A DNA stretch of 64,000 bases from Eubacteriaceae bacterium UBA1433 (GTDB lineage: Bacteria > Bacillota > Clostridia > Eubacteriales > UBA1433). The notes beneath the pieces are model-generated. The model made no database searches and was not told where the DNA came from. It was given only the letters and a program-made list of their open reading frames with translations. Positions 47,107 through 56,856 of this stretch are shown here, piece by piece. Where the stretch lies: assembly GCA_002329295.1 (NCBI GenBank), contig DCTT01000026.1, positions 463,135 to 527,134 on the forward strand. The letters run 5' to 3'. The translations under genes and the position numbers were made by a program. Within the stretch, counting starts at the first letter, position 1; the number at the start of each line of letters is the position of its first letter.

Positions 47107-47130
47107 GCCGGCAAAACTTGCCGGTTTTTC
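47107..47130 (+). terminator. Rho-independent terminator after usp paralog 1
   Basis: gccggcaa/ttgccgg hairpin followed by T5. Confidence 0.7.
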
Positions 47131-47407
47131 TTCTGAGTTGAAAAACGGGAGGTTATTTGCAAAAAATGGTGTGGTTGGTGTAAAGTAATTTGAAGAAGAA
47201 CAAATTGCGGAAAAACAGGGATTGTCGGTTGGCGAAAAAAATGTGATTTGTAAGAAGCTGAAATTGAAGGTTGCTAACAGCAGGAGTTATGTTAAGGATA
47301 TGCGACAAATAAATAAAAGTATGGAATATTTTGTGTGCCTGGCAGAAAAGTGAGGGCTATCAAAAAATGGCGAAAAATAAAGAAAAAAAAGAAATTTGGC
47401 TTTTTGC

Positions 47408-47436
47408 TTTACAAATGAAAACGTTTAAGCTATAAT
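47408..47436 (+). promoter_or_regulatory. Near-consensus sigma-A promoter of usp paralog 2
   Basis: TTTACA (47408-47413), 17-nt spacer, TATAAT (47431-47436). Confidence 0.7.
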
Positions 47437-47484
47437 TAAGGTAGCAAATAAATATTGTTTTTATACAATAGAAGGAGGGAAGTT

Positions 47485-47901
47485 ATGTTGAAAGTATTGC
47501 TGCCGGTAGACGGGTCAGAACCATCAAGACATGCAATTAAAAAAGGCATCGAAGAAGGTTTACTTAAAGGAAAAGAAATTCATGTCATAACGGTTGTTCC
47601 AGGAGCTGTTCTTGTTGGAGGTTACATGGTCGGTCCAGAGATGGAGGAGACCAATCAACAGTTGGCCGAAGATGCGCTGAATGAAGCGAAGGCCATGCTT
47701 GCCGACTATGAAAATGTAGTCACCGTGTCTCGTAAAGGAGATCCCGCCACGGAAATTTTGCACTATGCATCAGAAATAGGAGCGAATTTAATTGTGATGG
47801 GGCACAGAGGATTGGGCACATTTTCAAAAATTTTCTTGGGATCCGTATCATCAAGGGTACTTAACCATTCCAATTGTTCTGTCTTGATTGTAAAAAGCTA
47901 A
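47485..47901 (+). CDS. Universal stress protein (UspA family), paralog 2
   Basis: MLKVLLPVDGS... and GHRGLGTFSKIFLGSVS. ATG 47485 follows AGGAGGG. Confidence 0.85.
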   Translation: MLKVLLPVDGSEPSRHAIKKGIEEGLLKGKEIHVITVVPGAVLVGGYMVGPEMEETNQQLAEDALNEAKAMLADYENVVTVSRKGDPATEILHYASEIGANLIVMGHRGLGTFSKIFLGSVSSRVLNHSNCSVLIVKS

Positions 47902-47915
47902 ATAAAAAATTGGAA

Positions 47916-47950
47916 AAAGAAATGCTGTTTATCACAGCATTTCTTTTTTG
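47916..47950 (+). terminator. Rho-independent terminator after usp paralog 2
   Basis: 13-bp arms aaagaaatgctgt/acagcatttcttt followed by a T-run. Confidence 0.85.
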
Positions 47951-48000
47951 ATTGAATACAAGTAAAAGAAATAAAAAAAGCAATAGTTTGCAGAACGGAT

Positions 48001-48038
48001 AAAAAAGGTGAGAGCGCTTTCTTTTAAAAAGCGCTCTC
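48001..48038 (-). terminator. Rho-independent terminator downstream of tRNA-Leu (minus strand)
   Basis: 11-bp arms gagagcgcttt/aaagcgctctc. An A6 run on the plus strand gives a T-run after the hairpin on the minus strand. Confidence 0.8.
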
Positions 48039-48042
48039 ATAT

Positions 48043-48130
48043 TGGTGCGAGAGACGGGATTTGAACCCACACAAGCTTAATGCTCACAGGAACCTGAATC
48101 CTGCGCGTCTGCCAGTTCCGCCACTCTCGC
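48043..48130 (-). tRNA. tRNA-Leu (anticodon CAG), class II with long variable arm, CCA encoded
   Basis: Reverse complement is GCGAGAG-TG-GCGGAACTGGCAGACGC-G-CAGGA-TTCAGGT-TCCTG-(variable arm)-GGG TTCAAAT CCC-...CTCTCGC-A-CCA. The acceptor pairs perfectly, and the 7-nt anticodon loop reads CAG. Confidence 0.9.
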
Positions 48131-48183
48131 ATAAAATGTATTATACTATATTTTCGGTATTTGTAAAGAAATTCTCTTATTTT

Positions 48184-49044
48184 TTATTTGTCGTGCAAAA
48201 TCTCCGTTAAAGCAGCAAATTGAGTGAGAGTCAATGCCTCGCCGCGAACGTGGATATCGATATCCAATTGTTTTAAGGCATTTAAAAGAACGTTTTTATC
48301 AAAGTGCAGTTGATGATGAAGAGAATTGATCAGTGTTTTGCGCCGGGTGGAAAAGGCTGCCCGAATCAGCGAAAACATCTCTGACCCATATGAGGTAGAC
48401 ACAGGCGGTTGTGCACGTAATTTGAGAAGCACCACCGTGGAGTCGATGGTCGGGCGAGGAAAGAATACATGACTGGGCACATTAAAAAGGGGCGTACACT
48501 CTGCATAATATTGGACAGCTAACGTAAGCGAGCCGTAGTCCTTCGTGGAAGGAGACGCTAATAACCGTTGTGCTACTTCTTTTTGCATCATTAATGTCAA
48601 TGTATCAAAAGCATTACCGTGTTGCAACAGCTTCATAATAACGGCGCTGGTGATGCTGTAGGGAAGATTAGAAATAACCTTTATTTTTTTTTGTGCCGAA
48701 AAATAGTCGGGAAGTTTTTGAAAATCGAAGGTTAAAATATCTTCGTTTAATATGGTTAAATGGGGGACGTCATGAAAGTTTTTTTTGATGACATTCGTTA
48801 AAACACGATCTTTTTCCACCACCAGCAGTTCTTTACATGTTTGTGCCAAAAAATAAGTAAGGCTGCCCATGCCCGGACCGATTTCGAGCACGTTATCATC
48901 CTCGACAATGTCGGAGGCGGCGATGATTTTACGAATAATGTTTTCATCAATCAAAAAGTTTTGTCCCAGTTCTTTTTTAAAACGAAAATCATAGCGAGCG
49001 ATGTTTTCTTTGATATAGCGTATGGTGGTAGGTTTTTCGGCCAT
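48184..49044 (-). CDS. rsmA: 16S rRNA (adenine1518/1519-N6)-dimethyltransferase
   Basis: GQNFLID and the SAM motif VLEIGPGMGSLT. Start moved to ATG 49044 (MAEKPTT...), which follows GGGAG. Confidence 0.9.
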   Translation of the reverse strand: MAEKPTTIRYIKENIARYDFRFKKELGQNFLIDENIIRKIIAASDIVEDDNVLEIGPGMGSLTYFLAQTCKELLVVEKDRVLTNVIKKNFHDVPHLTILNEDILTFDFQKLPDYFSAQKKIKVISNLPYSITSAVIMKLLQHGNAFDTLTLMMQKEVAQRLLASPSTKDYGSLTLAVQYYAECTPLFNVPSHVFFPRPTIDSTVVLLKLRAQPPVSTSYGSEMFSLIRAAFSTRRKTLINSLHHQLHFDKNVLLNALKQLDIDIHVRGEALTLTQFAALTEILHDK

Positions 49045-49067
49045 ATAATCTCCCGGTGAAAAAATGA

Positions 49068-50168
49068 TTATACCTTGTGAAGTTGTTTCAGCAATGTGTG
49101 TACACGTTGTCGGTTTGCTGTTATGCCATAAGGGCGAGTGTCCATGGTAGCGGCATTGTCGGCAGCTTGAAGCACAAAAATATCCTCTGTGACTGTTGGT
49201 CCGCAATGATGAAGAATTTTTAAAAGTTCCTCATCGCTCATCGCTTGTTTTTTCATATGATAGGCAATCAGGTGGTGTACGGTGTCAATGAAGTTTTGCG
49301 GATAGCCGTATTTTTGTAAAATTGCAGCACAAAGGTCGGCAGAAGCCGAGTCATGGTGCGGGAAGCGTACTTTGCCGTTGATTTGTTTTTTGCATTGCGG
49401 TTTGCAAAGGTCGTGGAACAAAGCCGCCATGCGTAATTCTAATTTGTCTGACGGGACATTGGCAACGACATCGACAGAATGTTCGTAGACATCTTTGGTA
49501 TGATATTCGTTTTGGCTGACGCCGATGCAACTTGCCAAATCAGGGAAAATTTCGTGCAATAAACGTAAATCGCGCAAAAGCAATAACGCTGTTGCGGTGT
49601 TATCCGCCGTCAACAATCGATTTATTTCCCGGGCGATAATGGTTTTGGGTACCTGATCGAGAGAAGGATTTTGTTGAATGGCTGCATAAAGCTCATCAGA
49701 CAAGACCATTTTTTCAAATTGCGCTACGAGGCGTAAGGCAATCAGTTTGTTGATAGGTTCGTTTGTAAGACAATCAACAGTATGACCCTGACAGGAAAGG
49801 TGATGTTGTTTGATATCGCATAGGCTTTGCTGTGAGGCTAAAACCGCTCCTGTCTCATCAGCGGCGGCAGCAACGATCGTAAAAGGCTGGCGTTCTAAGT
49901 AGTCATGAATGCTTTTGGTATAGATGAGGCGAACAATGTTGGGGTGAGCAAAAACAAAAGAGTCTTCTGCTGCGAGTGTATACCCTGCCTGTATCAATGC
50001 TTCTTTTGCAACGAAAATCGGTGACGTAGTGACGAGCGTAAAAGGAGACATGGGTGGGAGGCCGTAAATGGCATACAACAAATCTTCGCCGGCAAGATAG
50101 GCGGTCAAATGCCGGTGTTTTAATGTACGAAACAGATGGCTATAAGGAGAAGAAAATTGTATTTGCAT
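49068..50168 (-). CDS. CCA-adding-enzyme/poly(A)-polymerase-family protein with C-terminal HD domain; catalytic head motifs degenerate
   Basis: AYLAGEDLLYAIYG...SPFTLVTT aligns to GGxVRD...DxDxxT with the carboxylates lost. ERQPFTIVAAA is similar to RRDFTINA. The HD signature is intact (H...ALFHDLCKP...HHD). Confidence 0.6.
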   Translation of the reverse strand: MQIQFSSPYSHLFRTLKHRHLTAYLAGEDLLYAIYGLPPMSPFTLVTTSPIFVAKEALIQAGYTLAAEDSFVFAHPNIVRLIYTKSIHDYLERQPFTIVAAAADETGAVLASQQSLCDIKQHHLSCQGHTVDCLTNEPINKLIALRLVAQFEKMVLSDELYAAIQQNPSLDQVPKTIIAREINRLLTADNTATALLLLRDLRLLHEIFPDLASCIGVSQNEYHTKDVYEHSVDVVANVPSDKLELRMAALFHDLCKPQCKKQINGKVRFPHHDSASADLCAAILQKYGYPQNFIDTVHHLIAYHMKKQAMSDEELLKILHHCGPTVTEDIFVLQAADNAATMDTRPYGITANRQRVHTLLKQLHKV

Positions 50169-50384
50169 GGTTGCCCCGGTGAAAATGATTTTGTAGGCAT
50201 TATATCGAAAAAAACGTGCCGATTCAATAAGAACGTGCGAGAAAGAAAAGAGTATGAAGACAAGAATATGAAAAATTGCATTGGAATATGAAAAAATTGT
50301 GATATGATATTATGCGAACATTTTGCAAAGGCTTTGTGAGACGCATATCGATGTCGTTTCTTTGCAATGATAAGGATATCAAGA

Positions 50385-51962
50385 ATGAGTGAAACAAAAC
50401 GGAGACCTTCTTATATCAGAGGGGCTTTGCTGTTAACGGCTTGCAGCATACTGGCCAGGTTTTTGGGAATATTTTTCAAAATTCCGCTTGCTCGTATCAT
50501 TGGTGATTATGGCATGGGGCTTTTTGGATATCCCTATCCGATCTATTCTTTTTTTGTTTCCTTGTCCGTAATAGGGTTGCCTTTGGCGATTTCTAAAATG
50601 ACAAGTGAAAGCATAAGCTTGGGGCGATACGACCATACCCATCAGATTTTTCGCATCTCTTTGGTGGTACTCATCGGCTTGGGGGTGTTGTGCAGTGCAG
50701 CGCTTGTTTTCTTCGCAAAACCGCTGATTTCCGTGTTAGGTTGGCCTGAAGAGACCTATCATTCGATTATCGGTCTTTCGCTTACCCCTCTGTTTGTGTC
50801 TTATATGGCCACATATCGAGGCTACTTTCAAGGACTGCAAACGATGGTGCCCACAGCGTTGTCGCAAATTGTAGAATCGGTTTTTCGTGTGGTGGTGGGA
50901 TTGGCGTTGGCGGTATATTTTTTAAAGACAAAAGACATAGCCTGGGCAGCAGGCGGTGCAGCCTTTGGTGCTGCAGCGGGTGCTTTCGGCGGCAGTTTGT
51001 TGGTAACGGCAATGTACGGATATTATAAAAAGAAAAAAATCGTCATTCCGCAACGAATCGGGCATGGATACCGTGAACGGGCGGGACAAACGATACGTAC
51101 GCTTTTTGTGATTGCCATTCCTGCATCTTTTGCCTCGATTGTTGTGTCTCTGATGAATATGATCAACTCCGTGACGGTAGCTCGTTGCCTTCAAAATGCA
51201 GGAATTGATATTGTAACGGCTACAGAAATATGGGGACAGCTTTCACAAAAAGTGCAAACAGTCATCAATGTGCCGATGTTGTTGGGAGTTGGTTTGGCGG
51301 CGGCTTTGGTGCCGGCTATCAGCGAATCCCTTGCAACGAACAATCAAAAAGAATTGGAAGAAAAAACGTCGCTGGCTCTGCGCACGGTAGTGATCATAAC
51401 GTTCCCTGCATCCGTGGGTCTTTTTGTGCTTGCCACACCCATTATACAGCTGTTGTTCGGTTCCGCTTCAGGAGGCGGAGAGCTGATGATGTATTTGTCC
51501 TTTACTTGCATTACAACCGTGTTGTTTATTGTGCTGCAGGCAGTGCTGCAAGGACTTGGCAAAATGGGTCTGCCGATTCGCAATTTGGCCATTGGCGGTG
51601 CCATTAAGTTAATACTTAACATTACGTTGATTTCCAAACCCTCGCTTCATATTTATGGTCTCATACTTGCCACATACATAGCGGAAACGATAATCGTTGT
51701 GCTCAACTATGCTTCGGTAAAAAAATATATTCGATTTACGCTGGATAAAAAAAATGTGATTCTTAAACCGGCGTTGTGTAGTATCATCATGGGTATTTTA
51801 GCTTATGCTTCCTATGGATTGTTGCGATCGGCTATTGGCAGCAATTTTGCGGTGATTGCAGCCATTGCCGTAGGAGGAGCAGTATATTGTGCTGCCCTTT
51901 TGTTGACGGGTACATTAAATAAAGAGGAGATGCGCTCTTTATTACGCAGGAGGCAAAAATAA
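50385..51962 (+). CDS. MOP-superfamily flippase (YabM/SpoVB/MurJ-like polysaccharide biosynthesis protein)
   Basis: About 14 TM helices and ~525 aa. Position upstream of the yabN-like gene matches Bacillus yabM. ATG 50385 follows AAGGA. Confidence 0.78.
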   Translation: MSETKRRPSYIRGALLLTACSILARFLGIFFKIPLARIIGDYGMGLFGYPYPIYSFFVSLSVIGLPLAISKMTSESISLGRYDHTHQIFRISLVVLIGLGVLCSAALVFFAKPLISVLGWPEETYHSIIGLSLTPLFVSYMATYRGYFQGLQTMVPTALSQIVESVFRVVVGLALAVYFLKTKDIAWAAGGAAFGAAAGAFGGSLLVTAMYGYYKKKKIVIPQRIGHGYRERAGQTIRTLFVIAIPASFASIVVSLMNMINSVTVARCLQNAGIDIVTATEIWGQLSQKVQTVINVPMLLGVGLAAALVPAISESLATNNQKELEEKTSLALRTVVIITFPASVGLFVLATPIIQLLFGSASGGGELMMYLSFTCITTVLFIVLQAVLQGLGKMGLPIRNLAIGGAIKLILNITLISKPSLHIYGLILATYIAETIIVVLNYASVKKYIRFTLDKKNVILKPALCSIIMGILAYASYGLLRSAIGSNFAVIAAIAVGGAVYCAALLLTGTLNKEEMRSLLRRRQK

Positions 51963-53444
51963 ATGGCAAAAATCACCATTGGCGGCATGGGAACCGCTTC
52001 TATTGAGCATATGACACTGAAAACACATACACTTTTGTTGGAGACAGAAAAGATTTTTTTGCGTACAGAAATACACAAAAGTGCTGCTGAAATACGCAAA
52101 ATACGCCCGGACAGCATCAGTTTTGATGCATTCTATGAAAAATATGCGTGTTTTGAAGAAGTATATGATAAAATTTCTGACGAAATAATTGCATGCGCAG
52201 AGAAACATGCTATAATGTATCTCGTACCGGGCAGCGCTGTATTTGCAGAGAAAAGCGTGGAACTCCTGGTTCAAAAGGCGCAACAAAAAAATATTTCCGT
52301 TGAAATTTTGCCCTCGGTGAGTTTTGTGGATGCTGTCTTTGCAACCATGCAAAAGGACGCGGCACATAACAGCAAACTGTTGGATGCGCTTACCTTTGAT
52401 GTCAATGACTTAGACAGTAAAAGCACTCTGCTGATTTCGCAAGTTTATGATTCGTTTATTGCCTCTGATGTCAAACTGAAATTACTGGATTATTACGGGG
52501 CAGAAAAAAAAGTATGCGTCATCAAGGAAGGCGGCGAAGCACAGGCACAGGTGCTATGGATCACAGTGGGCGAAATGGATCGTTCGATTGCATATGATCA
52601 CATGAGCAGTGTCTACCTTTTGCCTGATGAGGAAGTCAATTTGCGGGATTATCGCAGTTTGGCACAGGTGATGAAAAAGTTGCGCGGGAAAAACGGGTGT
52701 AATTGGGACAAAGCACAAGACCACGAAAGCTTGAAAAAGTATCTGATTGAAGAATGTTATGAAGTCATAGATGCCATTGATCAAAAAGACTTCAAGGCCT
52801 TGTGTGAAGAGTTGGGCGATGTGCTGTTGCAGATCTATTTTCATGCGAATATCGCTGATGAAGAAGGGTTTTTCGATATTCGGGATGTGCATGAAGGAAT
52901 TAACAAAAAAATGATTACCAGACACCCGCATATATTTGAGAGTAGAAAAGATTTGGAAGCGGAAGAGGTGAAAGACGCCTGGGAAGAAATCAAACGCAAA
53001 GAAAAAGGACAGCAAAGCGTGAGCGAAAGTCTAAAAGCGATACCAAAAGCATTGCCGGCACTGGTATATGCAAATCGTCTGCAAGATAAAGCAGGCAGAG
53101 CAGGATTTGATTTCGACTCCATGGATCAGATATATGATAAAATAAGAGAAGAAACCGAAGAGTTTATTGCCTGCATGAAAGCAAATAATGAAAAAACAAG
53201 ACAGAAGGAAGAAATTGGAGACTGGTTGTTTTCAATCGTAAACTTAGCAAGGTTTTTAAAGATCGACAGCGAAGACGCGCTAAAAAGTACATCACAAAAG
53301 TTTCTTAACCGTTTTTCTGTTGTTGAAGAGCTGGCATTATCCGACGGATACGAAATAAAAGCATTGGACATGGAAAAAGCGGATTTATATTGGGAGAAAG
53401 CTAAAAAAATATTAAAGGAGAAAATCAAAGATGAGAAAAAATGA
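51963..53444 (+). CDS. mazG: YabN-type fusion: tetrapyrrole-methylase-like domain plus MazG NTP pyrophosphohydrolase
   Basis: MazG blocks EECYEVIDAI...ELGDVLLQI and a second MazG repeat (EETEEFI...EIGDWLFSIVNLARF). The N-terminal ~220 aa are methylase-like. Confidence 0.82.
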   Translation: MAKITIGGMGTASIEHMTLKTHTLLLETEKIFLRTEIHKSAAEIRKIRPDSISFDAFYEKYACFEEVYDKISDEIIACAEKHAIMYLVPGSAVFAEKSVELLVQKAQQKNISVEILPSVSFVDAVFATMQKDAAHNSKLLDALTFDVNDLDSKSTLLISQVYDSFIASDVKLKLLDYYGAEKKVCVIKEGGEAQAQVLWITVGEMDRSIAYDHMSSVYLLPDEEVNLRDYRSLAQVMKKLRGKNGCNWDKAQDHESLKKYLIEECYEVIDAIDQKDFKALCEELGDVLLQIYFHANIADEEGFFDIRDVHEGINKKMITRHPHIFESRKDLEAEEVKDAWEEIKRKEKGQQSVSESLKAIPKALPALVYANRLQDKAGRAGFDFDSMDQIYDKIREETEEFIACMKANNEKTRQKEEIGDWLFSIVNLARFLKIDSEDALKSTSQKFLNRFSVVEELALSDGYEIKALDMEKADLYWEKAKKILKEKIKDEKK

Positions 53445-53703
53445 GTTGATTGCTGCTATTGCAGAAAAATCCAACGTGAAAAAGGTTGAAGCAGAAAGAA
53501 TGCTGAATGCACTGATTGAAGTGGTTGGAGAGGAATTGAAAAAAGGTGAAAAACTGGCAATTCCGGCACTGGGTACATTCCAGGTAAGAGAAAGAAAAGC
53601 AAAAGAAGGAAGAAATCCGCGAACCGGAGAAAAAATGATGATTCCTGCAGCCAAGGTGCCGACTTTCCGCGTTGCAAAAAATTTGAAAGACATAGTAAAA
53701 TAA
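53431..53703 (+). CDS. hup: HU-family DNA-binding protein
   Basis: ELIAAIAEKS...GTFQVRERKAKEGRNPRTGEKMMIPA...F. 90 aa. AAGGAG RBS. Confidence 0.92.
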   Translation: MRKNELIAAIAEKSNVKKVEAERMLNALIEVVGEELKKGEKLAIPALGTFQVRERKAKEGRNPRTGEKMMIPAAKVPTFRVAKNLKDIVK

Positions 53704-53718
53704 TTACTTTCGCAATAT

Positions 53719-53753
53719 AAAAAGCCTCGCAGGGATGCGGGGCTCTTTATTTG
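53719..53753. terminator. Rho-independent terminator after hup
   Basis: agcctcgc/gcggggct hairpin (one G-U pair) followed by a T-rich tail. It overlaps the stop of the convergent small ORF. Confidence 0.6.
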
Positions 53754-54013
53754 TCGCGAAAAATCGATTCAAGCCTGATGGTCTGTCGTGTTGGCAGCAG
53801 TTTCTTTATCTGTGCAAGATTCTTTCCGTTTGACGCAAGACGCATACGTCTTAGGTTCAAAAGAATCAGACAGGCAATAAAAATCAGCTTAATCCAAAGC
53901 GCTACAGGAACCCAAAGGGCTAAAATCAAGAGACCGATTCCCATCAGGCCATGGCTGAGCCAGTTGCGCCAATCTTTGAGACAGGCGATGATGTCGTAAA
54001 AGATTTTGTTCAT
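53747..54013 (-). CDS. Small 2-TM membrane protein of unknown function
   Basis: 88-aa ORF with two clear hydrophobic helices. No motif recognised. Confidence 0.4.
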   Translation of the reverse strand: MNKIFYDIIACLKDWRNWLSHGLMGIGLLILALWVPVALWIKLIFIACLILLNLRRMRLASNGKNLAQIKKLLPTRQTIRLESIFRDK

Positions 54014-54185
54014 ATTCGTTCATTTTCGTATGAAATGGATGCTTGTTGGGAAAATGAAATGCAATATAGCAATAAGAAAAAGCACTGACCAATTGCAAGA
54101 CAAATCACAAGCCGGTGTGTTTTTTTCGCCGTACAACGTCATTTTAATGCAGATACAGTTAAAAATGCAAAAATAAATATGCATA

Positions 54186-54222
54186 AAGAAAAAAGCGATT
54201 TTTGAAACAAAACATCGCTTTT
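54186..54222 (-). terminator. Rho-independent terminator of htrA (minus strand)
   Basis: aaagcgat/atcgcttt hairpin. An A-run on the plus strand upstream gives a T-run on the minus strand. Confidence 0.6.
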
Positions 54223-54290
54223 GACAAAATGAAGCATCTGTTGAAGAAGCAAAGCGGCAGCATTGTTGTGAATAGAAAAATATCTGAAGT

Positions 54291-55433
54291 TTATTTGCTT
54301 TCAATCAAAGTGACCGTGACAGAAAACTTTGTGCCGTCGTCACTGCGATACAGGGTAAGATTCACGGTATCGCCCGGTTTTTTCTTCATGAGAAAAGAAG
54401 TCAAATCTGTGACTTGCGTAATTTTGACATCATCCATGTGAGTAATGATATCGCCGGGTTTGATGCCTTGGTTTATAAGATTACGATTGGAGATACTTTG
54501 GATGTAAATGCCGGTGGGCAAGTTATAGAATGAAGAAGTAGCCTGATCGATCATTTGATATGTGATACCCAGCGCAGCCCGATTTTGAACATAACCGAAT
54601 TCCTGCAAGTCTTTTGCTATCGTGAGCGCCTCCTGGCTCGTAATGGCAAAACCCAGTCCTTCAAAGCCTTCAGCAACGATTTTGGAAGAATTAATGCCGA
54701 TTACTTGTCCGTAAGTATTGACAAGAGCGCCGCCCGAGTTGCCCGGACTGATGGCTGCGTCGGTTTGAATACAAGAAATGATATATCCGCCCGGAGTAGT
54801 GATGGAACGATTTGTGGCCGAGATAATCCCCATGGTGGTACTGCTGTTAAAGGCAACGCCGCCGGGATTGCCGATGGCTAAAACAATATCGCCCACAGTG
54901 GTTTCGGTGCCGCTGGCAAATTCGGCTGCGGTCAAATTTTGTACATCGCTGATTTTTAACAAAGCAATATCGGTTGCTTTGTCTGAACCGACAAGTTTTG
55001 CCATATATGATTTGCCGTCATAGAGTACGACTTCAAACTGATTGCCGTTTGCTATGACATGGGTGTTGGTGATAATGTAGCCGTCTGTGGTGAGAATGAC
55101 GCCGGAACCTTCGCCAATGGCAAACGTGTCATAGTAAGTCAAAACGCCGACTACGGAAGGGATGACTTTTTTTGCTGTGGCTTGTAAAGACAGCTGTTGA
55201 CCTAACACGACATGCGGTGTGTCTGTAGGAGAAGTCGGTTCGTTTTGCAAAACGGTGACCTTGTTTTGTTCTGTGTATTGAGCAGGCATCGAGACAATAC
55301 CTTTGCCGACGAGAAAAAAAAGACCAAACAGTGTGGAAGCACTGACAAAAACGGCAAAAATCAACAGCAGCAGAAAGTTGCGCAGAGAACGTTTTTTATA
55401 CGGTGTGCCAGGCTGGTTTTTTAAGGGATGCAT
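54291..55433 (-). CDS. htrA: HtrA/DegP-family serine protease with PDZ domain, membrane-anchored
   Basis: Catalytic triad contexts TNTHV, DIALLK and GNSGGAL. N-terminal TM helix and a C-terminal PDZ-like region. Confidence 0.88.
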   Translation of the reverse strand: MHPLKNQPGTPYKKRSLRNFLLLLIFAVFVSASTLFGLFFLVGKGIVSMPAQYTEQNKVTVLQNEPTSPTDTPHVVLGQQLSLQATAKKVIPSVVGVLTYYDTFAIGEGSGVILTTDGYIITNTHVIANGNQFEVVLYDGKSYMAKLVGSDKATDIALLKISDVQNLTAAEFASGTETTVGDIVLAIGNPGGVAFNSSTTMGIISATNRSITTPGGYIISCIQTDAAISPGNSGGALVNTYGQVIGINSSKIVAEGFEGLGFAITSQEALTIAKDLQEFGYVQNRAALGITYQMIDQATSSFYNLPTGIYIQSISNRNLINQGIKPGDIITHMDDVKITQVTDLTSFLMKKKPGDTVNLTLYRSDDGTKFSVTVTLIESK

Positions 55434-55493
55434 TGAAATAAACTCCTTATAGAAAAATGTTCTGAAAATAAAAAGAACTATGTTTATTATACA

Positions 55494-55549
55494 TAAAAAA
55501 ACAGCATAATAATTTACAAATCACACAAAATTTGTAAATGATTATGTTT
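55494..55549 (-). terminator. Long hairpin terminator downstream of degV (minus strand)
   Basis: 17-bp arms cataataatttacaaat/atttgtaaatgattatg (one mismatch) flanked by an A7 run. Confidence 0.6.
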
Positions 55550-55576
55550 GTTATTCAGATAATTTTCGCTGTAAGC

Positions 55577-56449
55577 TCAGGGCAGTTTTGGAGCGTTTTT
55601 GCCTTCGACAAAAACGGCTAGTGTACCGGGACCTGCATGGGCGCCAATCATGGCACCCAGCCACATGAATCGGATATTTTTGCAGCCGAATCGCAATTCC
55701 ATTGCAGCTTTTAATTTTTTTGCACCTTCCAGGTTGTCTGCATGCATAATGCTGATGAGCGTATCGGTTAGTTCAGAACCTGCCTTTTCTTCGACCAAAT
55801 CCAACATGGCCTGAAACAATTTTTTTTCGCCGCGGGTTTTCTGTACGGGAATTAATTTTCCGTCAATGACGGTGAGAACAGGACGAATGCCTAACGTATC
55901 ACCGATGAAGGCTGCGGTTTTGGATACACGCCCTCCGCGATAGAGGTATTCTAATTTTTCCACAGAAAAAACATGTACCATTTCATGGGCATATTTTGTC
56001 ATAAAAGGAACCATTTCTTTGGCGCTCATGCCTTTTTGCGCCAATTCACAGGCTTTTTCCACGACATGTGCCAATCCTACAGAGGCACAGAGCGTGTCGA
56101 TGATTTCGATTTTTACATCGGGATAAGTTTGGCGGACTTCTTCCAATGCGGTGACGGCAGCATTATAAGTACCCGAAAGCTGTGAAGAAAAAGCAGGATA
56201 AAAGTATTCTTCATCGTTTTCGGCTATCTCTGTAAAAAGTTGCAAAAATTTGCTGACAGGAACTTGTGCTGTCGTATAAATTTTTCCCGCACGCATGTCA
56301 TCAAAGACTTTTTTCGGAGTAATATCAATGCCGTCCAAGTATTGATGTGTACCGTTTAAAACCACGAGCGGTACAACCGTGATATTATTTTGTTTTATGA
56401 TTTCTTTTGAAAGGTCTGCTGCACTGTCTGCGAGAATTTTTACAGGCAT
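55577..56449 (-). CDS. DegV-family fatty-acid-binding protein
   Basis: 290 aa. Has the KILADSAADL... N-terminus and DegV-typical length and blocks. Confidence 0.85.
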   Translation of the reverse strand: MPVKILADSAADLSKEIIKQNNITVVPLVVLNGTHQYLDGIDITPKKVFDDMRAGKIYTTAQVPVSKFLQLFTEIAENDEEYFYPAFSSQLSGTYNAAVTALEEVRQTYPDVKIEIIDTLCASVGLAHVVEKACELAQKGMSAKEMVPFMTKYAHEMVHVFSVEKLEYLYRGGRVSKTAAFIGDTLGIRPVLTVIDGKLIPVQKTRGEKKLFQAMLDLVEEKAGSELTDTLISIMHADNLEGAKKLKAAMELRFGCKNIRFMWLGAMIGAHAGPGTLAVFVEGKNAPKLP

Positions 56450-56571
56450 GAAAAAGATCCTCCTTTATTTTTGTTTTAAACAATTATATAATTATGAAAA
56501 AGAAAAAAGCAATCGCAATATCGGGTGATATTCACAATACTTGTATAAAGTCATAGATTGAATCAGCGAAA

Positions 56572-56856
56572 ATGAAGAAATTGTTAGAAACTTATAAAAA
56601 AGAATTGAAAGAAACCGGCAAAGTCATTTTTAAAATAAAAGTGATTGCCAAGGCGCCAAAAACGATGTTTAGAGATGTGATGCAAGACAATACGATTAAA
56701 TTGGCGGTTGCACAAGTGGCAGAAAAAGGAAAAGCAAATGAAGAAATCTGTTCTTTTTTGGCAAAAGAGTTTGTCGTAACGAAAAGAGAAGTGAGTATTC
56801 TTTCCGGCAAAAGTGCCCCGACGAAATTGATCCAAATTACAAAGGAGAAACTATGA
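56572..56856 (+). CDS. DUF167 (YggU-like) protein
   Basis: 94 aa. ...KLAVAQVAEKGKANEEICSFLAKEF.....VSILSGKSAPTKLIQI is typical of DUF167. Confidence 0.7.
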   Translation: MKKLLETYKKELKETGKVIFKIKVIAKAPKTMFRDVMQDNTIKLAVAQVAEKGKANEEICSFLAKEFVVTKREVSILSGKSAPTKLIQITKEKL

